DNA of 64,000 nucleotides from Azolla caroliniana (taxonomy: Eukaryota > Plantae > Polypodiophyta), in assembly GCA_043228905.1 (NCBI GenBank), contig JBHGNT010000017.1, forward strand, positions 1,860,001-1,924,000, written 5' to 3'. Every line of letters begins with the position of its first letter. The first letter of the stretch is position 1. This document shows, piece by piece, positions 13,586 through 24,655 of this stretch. The notes beneath the pieces are model-generated. The model searched no databases. It was given only the letters and a program-made list of their open reading frames with translations, and was not told the DNA's origin. The translations under genes were made by a program, and so were the position numbers.

Positions 13586-14090
13586 TTATGTCTTTGGTAT
13601 TGGCCGCCTTTGTTGTTGTTGTTGTTCTCAACATCCCTTTGCTCGCACTATCATGATTCGTTGACACATTGTTAGTAGAGATCAGGAATGATTGTCATCA
13701 CATCTGGTACTAGAATAAGGATGAATTCTGTATGCTTTAGAAGCTTGAGCAAGATTTGGCGAATCTGTGGTGGGGTAAGCTTTGCCTAGTGGGGGTAGTG
13801 GTGGTGGTCACTAGTAACGTCCATAGGGAGTCATGGGTCCGGGTCGAAAGTTACTCTTGTAGATGATTGACTCCTTCTTTGTAGACGTAATCAACTACTC
13901 TTAAGGCATCATCCATCGTTCTTTATCACTTCCCTCCTTCCCATCGTCAAGTAATTACGTTAGTTGCTGTTTTGGTTTCCTCTACTCCAAAATTTCCAGC
14001 TCTTTCACTCACTCACTTCCCCTCCTCAATCCTATTATCCAACACTCCTCCTCGGTTGGTTTCCACCATCCTTCATATTCCGATCACGAA

Positions 14091-17000
14091 ATGCTGAACC
14101 TCCCATGCACTCTCCCTCTTCTCTCAATCTTTATTCTCATCATACGTTCCGCAATGCCTGCGGAGGTTCTGGCTGTGGCCGTGGCTGTGGCTGTGGCGCC
14201 CACTCCCACTCCCTCTCCCACCTTCTCCTCCGATGACATGGCGGCAGCACAAGCACAAGCTCTCATGAAAATTAGGGATGCCATCACCCACGACCCCTTA
14301 TCTTGCCTCTCCACCTGGACCACCACCTCCACCTCCTCCACCTCTACTAGTGATAGTGATGTTGTCCACACCACGGCACCGCCCTCCTACTGCCCGTCCA
14401 ACGGCATTGCCGGCTGGTTCGGCCTGCTCTGTGATGACAGCTTCCACATCACCTCCCTCAACCTCTCCTCCTGCAACCTCTCTGGTTCCATCTCCCCTTC
14501 TCTCGCTCTCCTCCCTTCCCTCTCTCTTCTCGATCTCTCCGACAACAACTTCTCAGGACCCCTCTCTTCCTCCCTCTTCTTCACCCACCAACCAACCAAC
14601 TCCTCCATCCTCACATACCTCGACCTCAGCTACAACGCCCTCCTCTCTGGTCACATCTCCTCTTCCCTTATCCTCAACTCCCCAAACCTCCAAACCCTGC
14701 GCCTTATCAACACTGGCCTCAGCGGCCTTGTTCCTCCAGAAATGTGGACCCATCTCCCCGCTCTTCAGCAACTTGTTATCATCGATGGCAGCTGGTCCGA
14801 CTCCTCACTTCCACTTCTCAGCATCTCGCCCACCTCTTTTCCGGCGACTGCTAATTTCTCTTTCTGTGCTACCATTGAGGCGTTTGTACTGTTTGGCCTT
14901 GATGCATCCGGGGCATCCTTTCCCTCTTCCTTGGGAGATTGCCAACAGTTGCAGATCTTGTCCTTGACTGTCGCGGGTCTACAAGGTTCAATCCCCCCAT
15001 CCATTTGGCAGCTTCCTCACCTCCAATACCTGGCAATCCAAGATCTTAATGTGGTAGACGCTGTGAATAATCATCCCGACCAGCCACCTTCCTACAAGCT
15101 CCACGGGTCACTGCCATCCACTTTTGGCTTCTGTGGGGCTGCTGGATCTACCATGGAAGAAATATACATAAATGGCATAAATCTCACAGGTAACATTCCT
15201 ACTTCTATAGCCACATGTGCCTCTCTGCAGACTCTGGTTCTCTCTATCACAAACCTCGAGGGTTCCATCCCTGCTAGCCTCGGGAACCTCACCCAACTAC
15301 AGACCTTGTTTTTGTCTACGACGGGTCTACAAGGCTCTATCCCCCCATCCATTTGGCAGCTTCCTCACCTCCAAACACTTGTTATCGAAGATCTTAATGT
15401 GGTAGAGACCGTGGATAGTCATCCCTACGATCCACGCCCCTACAAGCTCCACGGGTCACTGCCATCCAGTTTTGGCTTCTGTAGTGCTGCTGGATCTACC
15501 ATGGAAGACATGTACATAGATGGCATAAATCTCACTGGCCACATTCCTGCTTCTGTAGGCACCTGTACCTCTCTGCAGCATCTGGATATCTCTCACACAA
15601 GCCTGGAAGGCCCCATCCCTGATAGCCTCGGGAACCTCACCCAGCTACTGACCTTGGCCCTCCAGAGCAACAACCTGACAGGCAAGATACCGGCCACACT
15701 CTCTAGCTGCTCACAACTCACCCAACTCCGGTTAGGGTTCAACCCTCTAAGGGGTTCCATCCCCAGTGAGCTGGGAATGCTCATAAACCTCCAGGTACTC
15801 TCTCTCTTTACGGCCAATCTTGAGGGTTCAGTTCCCGTTGAGCTTTGCAACTGTACCCAAATGGTGTGGTTCGATGTGGGATGGATGCAGGAATCTGGTT
15901 TCTTCAACTACCTTCCACCAGGATACCCCGTATCCCAGGGTCTTACAGGGAGCATACCTGAGTGTTTCGGTAGAATGGCAGACCTGCATACGCTGGCATG
16001 GCAGCTCAGCCATATTGAGGGGGGGTTCCCTACGAAGGTATTGCAGAATTTAACGCAGCTTCAATACTTGGATCTGTCTTATTGCAGCATGGTCGATACC
16101 TTCCCCTCTGAGTTGAACTGGAATTTTCCACAGCTGACATATCTGAACCTCTCGCATAACCACTTAACAGGATCTATCCCACCACAGCTTGGCCAGCTTC
16201 CCAAAGTGGAACTACTCAGCATCAGTTCTAATAATCTAACTGGAACAATCCCAGAACAACTACTCCAAGGCCTGGCACAACGCAGCACTGTCACTACTCT
16301 AAATCTCGGTGGCAATGCTCTGGAAGGATCCATATCTTCGTCCTTTTGTGGCATCACAAGCCTGCAAGCGCTAGTTTTGGGTCCCAACAGCTTTAATGGC
16401 AGTATACCTGAGTGTTTCAGTAGATTGGCGAACATGACAATGCTAGATCTGGTATCCAACAACTTGCAGGGCAGTATACCAGCGTGGTTGGGAAACCTGG
16501 AACGTCTCACAAACCTAGATCTTGGACGCAACAACCTCACAGGAAGCATTCCTCCATCTCTGGGCCGCCTAATAAACATAGAGAGCTTAACATTAAATAA
16601 CAATGAGCTTTCTGGACACATTCCTCTAGAAATCGGGGCATTGACAAAGCTGCAGGTATTAGACCTCTCCACAAACAGCCTCCAAGGGATCGTCCCTGTT
16701 GACGCTTTACATAATCTGACTGCTCTAAAGGTTTTACGACTCTCTGGAAACAATTTGAGTGGGAAGATGGAGAGCTTGGACTTGTCCAAGATGCGCGACC
16801 TCCAGACTTTCGGTGCCTATGGAAATTCTTTAGAAGGGGGCCTTCCTGCTGGGTTAATAGAAAGTAAGGCACTGGTCATCTTCGATGTGCAGGGGAACAA
16901 ATATCTGAACGGATCCTTAGGCAATACTACTACTGCTGACATAACTGGTTTATCCAATCTCAGGGTGCTCTCGGTGAGCTACAACCAGCTAAGCGGAGAT

Positions 17001-17723
17001 ATCCCCGGTTGGGTTTGGAAGCTTCCCAGACTGCAGGCACTGGACCTCTCTAACAATCGCTTCAGCGGTCGCTTCCCTGCGTCTCTCACGCACCTTTCCT
17101 ACTTCAAGCTCAATCAAACCGCAAACAGTAACCAGAGCACCCTCTACGAGGATGTGCCTGTCACGCTGAAGAACACTGTCTACATTCTCAAGTATGTTCT
17201 GAGTACCCGTATCTACTTTGATGTGTCCATGAACGATCTGGGAGGCGAAATTCCGGAGAGCTTCGGGGAGCTGCAAGGTCTGACAGGAGCCAACCTGTCG
17301 CACAACCGAATCAGGGGCACTATACCTGCGGCTACATTCGGCAGGTTGATGCAATTGGAGGAGTTGGACCTGTCCTACAACCAGCTCAGCGGTGGCATCC
17401 CACAAGATCTCACGTCTCTAAACCTCGGTATTCTAAACCTGGCCCACAACCAACTGGAAGGAGCCATTCCCACACGGAACAACTTCAATACCAGGTACAC
17501 GTCTGCCAGCTTTGAGAACAACCCGGGGCTGTGTGGTTACCCTCTTTCCACCTCCTGCAACACAAGCAGCAATGCGAGTAGTGATATGGGCAGCACAGCC
17601 AGGCAAAGCCAACAATCAATCGTGATTTGGTTCAATGAGTTCGTATCTCCGTGGGCATTTCTAATAGCTTATCCTGTTGGGCTTGCACTTGGCTTTTTCG
17701 TTTGTCGTACCATCTCCTTATAA
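14091..17723 (+). CDS. Leucine-rich-repeat receptor-like protein (LRR-RLP), 1210 aa, single exon
   Basis: Hydrophobic signal peptide and LRR N-cap (LSTW...C...W.GLLC). About 30 plant-type LxxLxLxxNxLxGxIP repeats, with an island four LRRs before the C-cap (FENNPGLCGYPLSTSC). TM helix WAFLIAYPVGLALGFFVC, 5-aa tail, no kinase domain. Confidence 0.93.
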   Translation: MLNLPCTLPLLSIFILIIRSAMPAEVLAVAVAVAVAPTPTPSPTFSSDDMAAAQAQALMKIRDAITHDPLSCLSTWTTTSTSSTSTSDSDVVHTTAPPSYCPSNGIAGWFGLLCDDSFHITSLNLSSCNLSGSISPSLALLPSLSLLDLSDNNFSGPLSSSLFFTHQPTNSSILTYLDLSYNALLSGHISSSLILNSPNLQTLRLINTGLSGLVPPEMWTHLPALQQLVIIDGSWSDSSLPLLSISPTSFPATANFSFCATIEAFVLFGLDASGASFPSSLGDCQQLQILSLTVAGLQGSIPPSIWQLPHLQYLAIQDLNVVDAVNNHPDQPPSYKLHGSLPSTFGFCGAAGSTMEEIYINGINLTGNIPTSIATCASLQTLVLSITNLEGSIPASLGNLTQLQTLFLSTTGLQGSIPPSIWQLPHLQTLVIEDLNVVETVDSHPYDPRPYKLHGSLPSSFGFCSAAGSTMEDMYIDGINLTGHIPASVGTCTSLQHLDISHTSLEGPIPDSLGNLTQLLTLALQSNNLTGKIPATLSSCSQLTQLRLGFNPLRGSIPSELGMLINLQVLSLFTANLEGSVPVELCNCTQMVWFDVGWMQESGFFNYLPPGYPVSQGLTGSIPECFGRMADLHTLAWQLSHIEGGFPTKVLQNLTQLQYLDLSYCSMVDTFPSELNWNFPQLTYLNLSHNHLTGSIPPQLGQLPKVELLSISSNNLTGTIPEQLLQGLAQRSTVTTLNLGGNALEGSISSSFCGITSLQALVLGPNSFNGSIPECFSRLANMTMLDLVSNNLQGSIPAWLGNLERLTNLDLGRNNLTGSIPPSLGRLINIESLTLNNNELSGHIPLEIGALTKLQVLDLSTNSLQGIVPVDALHNLTALKVLRLSGNNLSGKMESLDLSKMRDLQTFGAYGNSLEGGLPAGLIESKALVIFDVQGNKYLNGSLGNTTTADITGLSNLRVLSVSYNQLSGDIPGWVWKLPRLQALDLSNNRFSGRFPASLTHLSYFKLNQTANSNQSTLYEDVPVTLKNTVYILKYVLSTRIYFDVSMNDLGGEIPESFGELQGLTGANLSHNRIRGTIPAATFGRLMQLEELDLSYNQLSGGIPQDLTSLNLGILNLAHNQLEGAIPTRNNFNTRYTSASFENNPGLCGYPLSTSCNTSSNASSDMGSTARQSQQSIVIWFNEFVSPWAFLIAYPVGLALGFFVCRTISL

Positions 17724-18029
17724 AGGACAACCATAAAAAAACCTTAAATAAGTACGTAGAGCAACTATTAAGTCTGTAGCCTCTTAAGTGTGCTATTCTA
17801 TTAAGTGCGCGGCGCGCCTTTTAGAGGTGTCAATACCCCCATCATGAAAATTACATTGTTTCATGACAAAGTTAAATCAAACAAAAGTGAAACTATGTTC
17901 CAAACATTCAAAAATGAGAAAATTATCAATAAAAATAGAAATTTTCCAAACATTATTTTTTAGATCTCCATTCATTAGGAATGCCAAAGCGCTAAGAAAA
18001 AAAACCTCCGAAATAAGTGCAATCCAATT

Positions 18030-18640
18030 AGATGCACAAGCAAAATTCCATATTAGAAGGTTGATTTCGTATGTTAGAGGAGCCAATTGATGCACAACAA
18101 GCAAAATGCTTTATTAGAAGGTTGATTTTATATGTTAGAGGAGCCAATTGATGCACAAGCAAAATGCTTTATTAGAAGGTTGATTTCTTCTGTTAGATGA
18201 GCTAATTTCATGTAAACAGATTGATCATCATAAAAAGGATTCATGATTTCTTATGTTAGAGGAGTTAATTTCATGTAAAAAGCTCGATCACCATAAAAAA
18301 AACTTGATTTCGTATGTTAGAGGAGCTAATTTCATGTGAACAATCCGATCATCATAAAAAAGATTCACAATTTCTTATGTTAGAGGAGCTAATTTCATGT
18401 AAAAAGCCCGATAATCGTAAAAAAAAATAAATCACAATTTCTTAAGAGGAACTAATTTCATGTAAAAAGCCCGATAATCATAAAAAAAATCATGATTTCT
18501 TATGTTAGAGAAGCTAATCTCATGAAAAAGCCCGATAATCATAAAAAAAATCACGATTTCTTATGTTAGAGTAGCTAATTTCATGTAAAAAGCCCGATCA
18601 TCATAAAAACAAATCATGATTTCTTATGTGAGAGAAACAA
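18030..18640. repeat. Tandem minisatellite of about 50-65-bp units, roughly 10 copies
   Basis: Recurrent GATTTCTTATGTTAGAGGAGCTAATTTCATGTAAAAAGCCCGATAATCATAAAAAA. Confidence 0.9.
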
Positions 18641-20159
18641 ATATGCATATAAATATGATGATTTCTACAAAAAACATTGACAAAATTTTACAAATTAATC
18701 TTTTAAGAGAATCTACAATTATTCAATTTACAATTAAAATGTTTGGAAATTACTATTACATTTTGAAATTTATGTTACAAATCAATTATTTAATTGAAAC
18801 ATTCACAAATTTTAGGAAACCTGCAAATGTTTATAAAAAGCTTCACAAATTTGTAATACAAATAAAATTTTAATAGTAAACATGTTCTATTAATGGGGTT
18901 GTGATGCATATTTTAGAAAACATGCAAATTTTTAATAGGGTTGTGATTTCTGAAAATGGGTAGAAAATACGTTAAAATCCCTAAGTGCACACTTTGATCT
19001 TAAGGAAAAAGTTTGCACTTAACCGAATGGTTTATTGTAAATAAAAAATTGAATAAAAGTCAATGACCAAATGGTTAAGCTTATTAATGGTGTGAGGAAA
19101 GGTGTATGTTGCTTCTTATCGTTTATCCCATTGGGCTTGCATTTGGCTTTTTAGTATATCATACCCTCTAGTTAAAATGGTCTAATGGTTAAGTTATTGA
19201 TGGTCTTAATCCTAGCATATGTGTGTATTAGCTAGTGGGTTAAGAGTAGTGATGGGCGAAGTCCCATAAATAGTGTAACTGTTCGAGTTAGGTCAAGACT
19301 TTTGCTAGCCAAAGTGGGGGATAACTAGAAGTGATTTTGGCCATAATTTCCCAAAAAACGAAATTTAGCCTATTCATATTTTTTGAATCGGCTATTTATC
19401 TAGTTAAGCAAAAGGTAAAAAGTAAACAATTTTTTATATTTCCTTACTCAACTCTTTTCTCTTTTCTCTCCCTCCTTTGCGCACTACTCACAACAATGCT
19501 CACCATTACCTATGTGTCGAGATTTCCTTCTACTCATTGACTGCTTGTGCTTTGCGACACAAGACTTGAAACTCAACAATTGCCTATTGCGCGTGACACT
19601 TCAAACGTACCTAGGCTTTGTCATTTGACTGCTTCAACTTAGGAAACTCGAAAGCTTGTTAATATTATTAAAAGAATGTGATGTGGAATGCCTTCCGCAT
19701 ATGTATAATGATAATAGGGCTTATGCATGCTTTATCCTCCACATTGTTAACCGTTCTGCCGGAAACACCTTCGATATGCCTACAAGCTATCGGTATCAAG
19801 GGAAGTGTAATCGTGAAGACTGGTGCACGGAGGTGTTGTTAGGGGGAGAACACGGAGAGCATACCCGGAATAGAGCCCAGGTCGTATATGTAGTTGAGAC
19901 CTCAAAAGCGATGACACATAGATGAAAACAACAAGAGCTATAGATATGTATTACTGCAATAGTTAGCGATGATTACAAAAGAACACGGCCCACAACCGGT
20001 AGCGTTACAAAGCTCTTATAACTATGAACCGACCTCCCTAGGCTCTAGATATCTCCCCCTTGCCGAGGTAAGTAGACCTCGGTTTATATACTTCTTTTCC
20101 TTCATACAGCGTCGAGCGGTTGGCTGACTGTGAGGCTCGAAACTCGATGTTTTACCTAA

Positions 20160-20900
20160 TGACGGGAACTGCATGCTCCCTATACGCAACGCTCGGCCAC
20201 AACCGAGCTTAGAATCATACACAGAAAACGGGAAATGAAACGCACGACACAAAGTAGAGAAGAGTACACAAGATGTTTACGTGGAAAACCCAAACTAGGG
20301 AAAAACCACGGCAGCCCACAGGCTGCAAACTATCACTATGCTAGAATGTACAACAATGAGTTCACGGAGGCAACGACCTCGTGCTCTCGATCTTCGCTAC
20401 AGGCGACGGTTACAACAGAGGCAATGACCTCTTCCTCTCTCTCTCTCTCTCTCTCTCTCTGTACACAGTTACACGCTCTGATCTCACACAGACAACAACA
20501 ACAACCCCATTCTAAAAGTTTGCCCTAAGTCATATTTATACTAATATGACTTTTCGGCTATTTACAAATATAGCCATGATGGACTCTCAGAAACATATTT
20601 ACGAATATGTCTCTTCATCCGGTTCTCACCGAGTCTGCACCATCCGGCTCTCCGTAGTCGGGTACTCCTCATCCGGTTCTCACCGGGTCTGCACCATCCG
20701 GCTCTCCGTAGCCGGGTACTCCTCATCCGGTTCTCATCGTGCCTGCACCATCCGGCTCTCCGTAGCCGGGTACTCCTCATCCGGTTCTCACCGGGCCTGC
20801 ACCATCCGGCTCTCCGTAGCCGGGTACTCCGGCCTCGGCCGAGTTTGTTCATCATCATTGTTCTTCTCCCTTCCCATCCGAAGGGACATGTCTCCCAACA
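20160..20900 (-). mobile_element. Solo LTR (741 bp) inserted in the 3' LTR of A
   Basis: TG..CA termini and TSD CCTAA (20155-20159, 20901-20905). Absent from the other LTR of A. Shares the GGAAAACCC..GGAAAAACCACGG motif with the solo LTRs at 11281 and 60881. Confidence 0.92.
20612..20830. repeat. Four tandem 54-bp repeats within the solo LTR
   Basis: TCCTCATCCGGTTCTCACCGGGTCTGCACCATCCGGCTCTCCGTAGCCGGGTAC x4. Confidence 0.95.
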
Positions 20901-21094
20901 CCTAATTCTCCCTTACCTACTCGCCTTACTTCCGGCGTATTATATTTAACTAATTTCTAGTTTTGGCCTACGGACAACACTTGGCACGCCTGTGGGACAG
21001 GACTTTGTCCGTCGGACCCACGGTTCACCATGGATTTAACAAAACCACACGAATTACAAAAATGGCCCGTTCGTACGGGGCTTAGAGGTTGGTC

Positions 21095-24000
21095 TTATTC
21101 TTCTTCCAATATGCCGAGGATATCCTCGGGGGCGTGGGGTTGGGCTGGCTGCTTGGCCGGTGGGGTTGGTGATGGGGGTGGTGTTGCCGAGTTGGGGATG
21201 GCGGTGTCGGCATGTGTGCCCTCCTCTGTTGGGACCGATGCAGGCAGGGTCGGGGTTATAGTCTGTGGCTCCGGTGGGATGTGGATGTCGGTAGGAGCAG
21301 ACTCCTCCGGTCTAGTTGTCGTGGGTAGTGACTCGGTTCCTTGCTCGGTGTTTGTGGGAGCTCTGTGACTCCCGGTAGCGAGTCGTTCTTCCTCGTATGC
21401 TTCGACTTCTAAACGAAACACCATTAGATCGTCGTTGAATTCCTCCAAGAGTTGCTCGATGGCCGCGGTGTGGGATGTTGCCAAGCTATGATATTCTTTC
21501 GTTAAGTCCTCACAGAGGGTCTGGATGCTGGTGTCATCCATCTTGTAAAACCCTCAGCCCTCCTTCCGTCAGTTCTCGGCATCCACGCGTAGTATGTGTA
21601 GGTCCGCGACTTGAGCTGACCACTCCTGCCAAACATGGTCAAGTGTTTCTTTGATCTTCGTGGTGAATTGTTGGCGATACTTCTGGATTAGGGTTTTGAT
21701 TTTGGTACCGTCTATGCCGATGCTCGCGCGGTGAACTTCCAGTGCCTCCCTTGCGGCCTTGGCTTCTGCTTGGCTTTTGCGGGCGAAGAGTGCTAACGTA
21801 GCTTGATTATCTTTTGCTTTTTCTGTGATGAGCGCGATGGTCTACTCATAACAGTTGGTTAGCTGTGCTACAGTTTCGTCCCTTTCCAGTCGCCAGGCAT
21901 CCCAGTGTTGTTCTTTGACGGCGATGTGCTCGGATTGCAACTGGTGATATGCATCGGAAATTTTTGCTCGTTGCTCCTCCAAGATCCTCCACTTCTGCAT
22001 ATGTTCGTTGGCCATGTCCTGGAAGGCTCTTTGATGACGACGTAATTCTTGGTTGTCGACGAAGAGCTCTTGTTCCCATTGGCTATTCCGCTCGGTTTCT
22101 TTGATGAACTGTTCCTTAGCCTCAGTGATCGAGACTTGGAGGGTCATCACCTCTCATTCTCGTGCTTCAAGCGCGACCGACCTTTCAGCAAGCAAGCGCT
22201 TGAGGTTCGCTTCGCGGTTCGCGGCTTGTTCTCGTTGCTGGCCAAGAATGTTGTTGTGATTCTATTTGGCCATTTCGGCCAACGCGATTTGGACCTGAAG
22301 CTCCTCCTGGTAGTCCCTAAGGGGAGGCCCTGTCTGGGTTGTCACTTGCTGGAGTTGTGCCGAGGACTCCCTGTTTGTCTGTGTCGCTTGTTCCATGACT
22401 TCCGGAGGTGGTGGCGTTTGTGTCGAGGCGTGGTTGGTTTGGGGGTGCAGGCTGATATCTGCCCGTGATGATGGCTCACTTGCATGTACCGAGTTTGTCA
22501 TTGTGCTGGCCTCGGCCGTGGCTACCGTGGGGTGGGCGGTGTCTTCTTTGTGTGCTACGGTACCTTCCGCACTCGGGCTCGGGTTCGGAAGAGTGGCTGG
22601 TGAGACAGCTTCACTCGGCGCAGGGAGGATTAAGGGCGGTTGTTACTGCGTGAGTGTCGCCAGTTTCTCCTCGGCGGCTTGCCATAGGTCGGTAGCCCGT
22701 TTGGCTTGCTGATGCGCCGTTTTGATACATCGGGCCATGTCCTTGGCTGCCCGAGTAGTGTGGTGTAGATTGCGATATGCCTCGACTAAGGCCATGTTCA
22801 GATCCGGTAGTTCTATGAGAAGCGAAGCATTCTGGACTTGCTTCTTCCGTCCTATCTTTTGTAAGGCTCGATCCTTGTGAGGTTCGATTTCACCCATTAG
22901 CGCGCGTTGGATCATCTTTGTTTCGGCATGCTCCTCGGCCATACGAGTGGCGGCAGCTACTTGGGCACGCGCGAGGAAATCCATTAACTCGTAAGTTGTG
23001 CCCAATCGAAGTAGGGCACTGAACTCGTATGCCTCCGCGGGGAGATCTTTGTACCCGATGACTTCCTCCTCTGATATCTGCGTGGTTTGGCCATGCTCAA
23101 TCGTTCCGACTTGGAGCCATGACTCCATTGGTACTATGTCCGTGGAGGGGGGGCTAGCCTCTTTTGATTTCTGCCGCTGGTCTCCTTCGGTTTCTGTGGT
23201 TGCCTCTCGAATGATGCGGCATCTTTTTGGCGGTTGTTCTTGCGTGTCCAGGGCCGGTGGTGTTGGCCGACATGTTTCCTCTTCTGTTGCCGGATGGCCG
23301 AGGGCTACTGGCTGGTGGGCCGCGGGCTCGGTTGAGGAGAGGTCATTGATGTCCTTGGTGGCCTCTGGCGTATGGTGACATCCTTGGGGATGGCCTCCTC
23401 GGCCTCATCCCATTCGACACGGGTTGCTGTCACCGCCCGTTGTCTTTGTGTTTTTGGTGGGGGTGGGGCCAAGGCGGAAACGGGGTGCCGAACGCCTGCG
23501 GGAGGTGGAGAAGACGAGGATTCTTCCCATTCTTCCCGAGTTATCTCCAAAATCTACCCACGTTGTTTCCGTGGTGGTGGCGGAGAGATCAGGGCACGAC
23601 GAGGGGAAACCGAAGGAGGTGGGTAGAGGACTATAAGGACGTGGTTGATCACAGGCAACATACGCTTACCGATTTGGAAGGATTCGAGCGCCGCCCGGAT
23701 TCCTTCGCCTGTGATGATTCCCCAGTCGATTTTGTTTCCCTCGTAAGCACTGATGATGATCGCCACTTTGCTCTGTGGCATACTGGTAGGGTTGGTATGC
23801 ACGAACGCGTACTCCATCAGGATGCGAATGAGTTCCCCGAATGCCTTGTTGGATCCACCGTAGGTGCGGTGGGCTTTACCAGATATGGAATACGCACCAA
23901 AGTATTCATTCAGGGTCGTGGAAGGGGGAATCTCGACCTCATGGTCACCTCCTCATTTTAGGTCCAAGGCAGCACGAATCATATTGTTGGTGACTGTGTC

Positions 24001-24140
24001 CGGGTGGATTCGTCATGCGACCGTTTGGGCATCAGGGTGCGCAGGGGCATCGATCACCTTTAAATAACCACCCAAGCCTCGTTCCTGAAGCCAGGAGCGG
24101 GTTTCTTGTGAAGCTGCAAGAGGCATACTGGACTCGGGGT
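21095..24140 (-). pseudogene. Additional ORF of element A downstream of integrase (globular N-terminal part + Pro-rich linker + long coiled coil), disrupted
   Basis: Collinear minus-strand ORF fragments 23554-23817, 23305-23550, 22643-23128, 22262-22501, 21842-22150 and 21095-21541. Rich in E/Q/A/R heptads. Confidence 0.7.
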
Positions 24141-24655
24141 TCTACTGTGTGGAAGATTGAGGAAGGAGGATTCGACTAGGCCGAGACAGAATGAGGGAAG
24201 GAGATGGTTGTGGTGTGGCAGCGGGGCTACGAGGGCAAGAGAGGGCTTGTGAGCAAGAGCGGTGGGAGCGATGAACGCGATGTGAGCGAGAGGAAGCTTG
24301 AGAGTGTAGAAGTGATGAATGTTGGGTGTGCAAGAAAACGTCTGTGTGTGGAGTGGGCTTGGGGTAACTGTTTTTTAGCGAACGCCTAGGGTTTTGTGCA
24401 TGAAGAGGAGCTTGGAGATTCTTGGGCGTGGATGCCATAATAGGATATTATGGCCACGTGTCCTAGGGAGTTAGTGTTGCGCCTTGGATGCTATGCATGT
24501 GCCTTTAAATACTTAAGTGAATGTGAAAGTGACTAATGGGTGCCTCTAACCTGACGTGATTTGGGTGAGGTGGTAGGTGGTGTAGGTGGAACTAACTAAT
24601 TGCTAAAACTATGCCTAATCCTACCTAATGTCTACTTTGGAATGTTGGTGGGTCC

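Larger units (their letters stand above)
19745..20979 (-). repeat. 3' LTR of element A (about 489 bp net, interrupted by a solo LTR)
   Basis: Matches 49721-50208 after removing 20160-20905. Confidence 0.95.

Noticed and set aside
14278-17615. Alternative-frame and antisense ORFs over the RLP (e.g. 14278-14967, 16079-16789)
   Set aside because: Shadow ORFs produced by the repetitive LRR codon pattern.
18030-20830. CRISPR-like interpretation of the 60-bp and 54-bp arrays
   Set aside because: Head-to-tail repeats without unique spacers, no cas genes, and a eukaryotic context.
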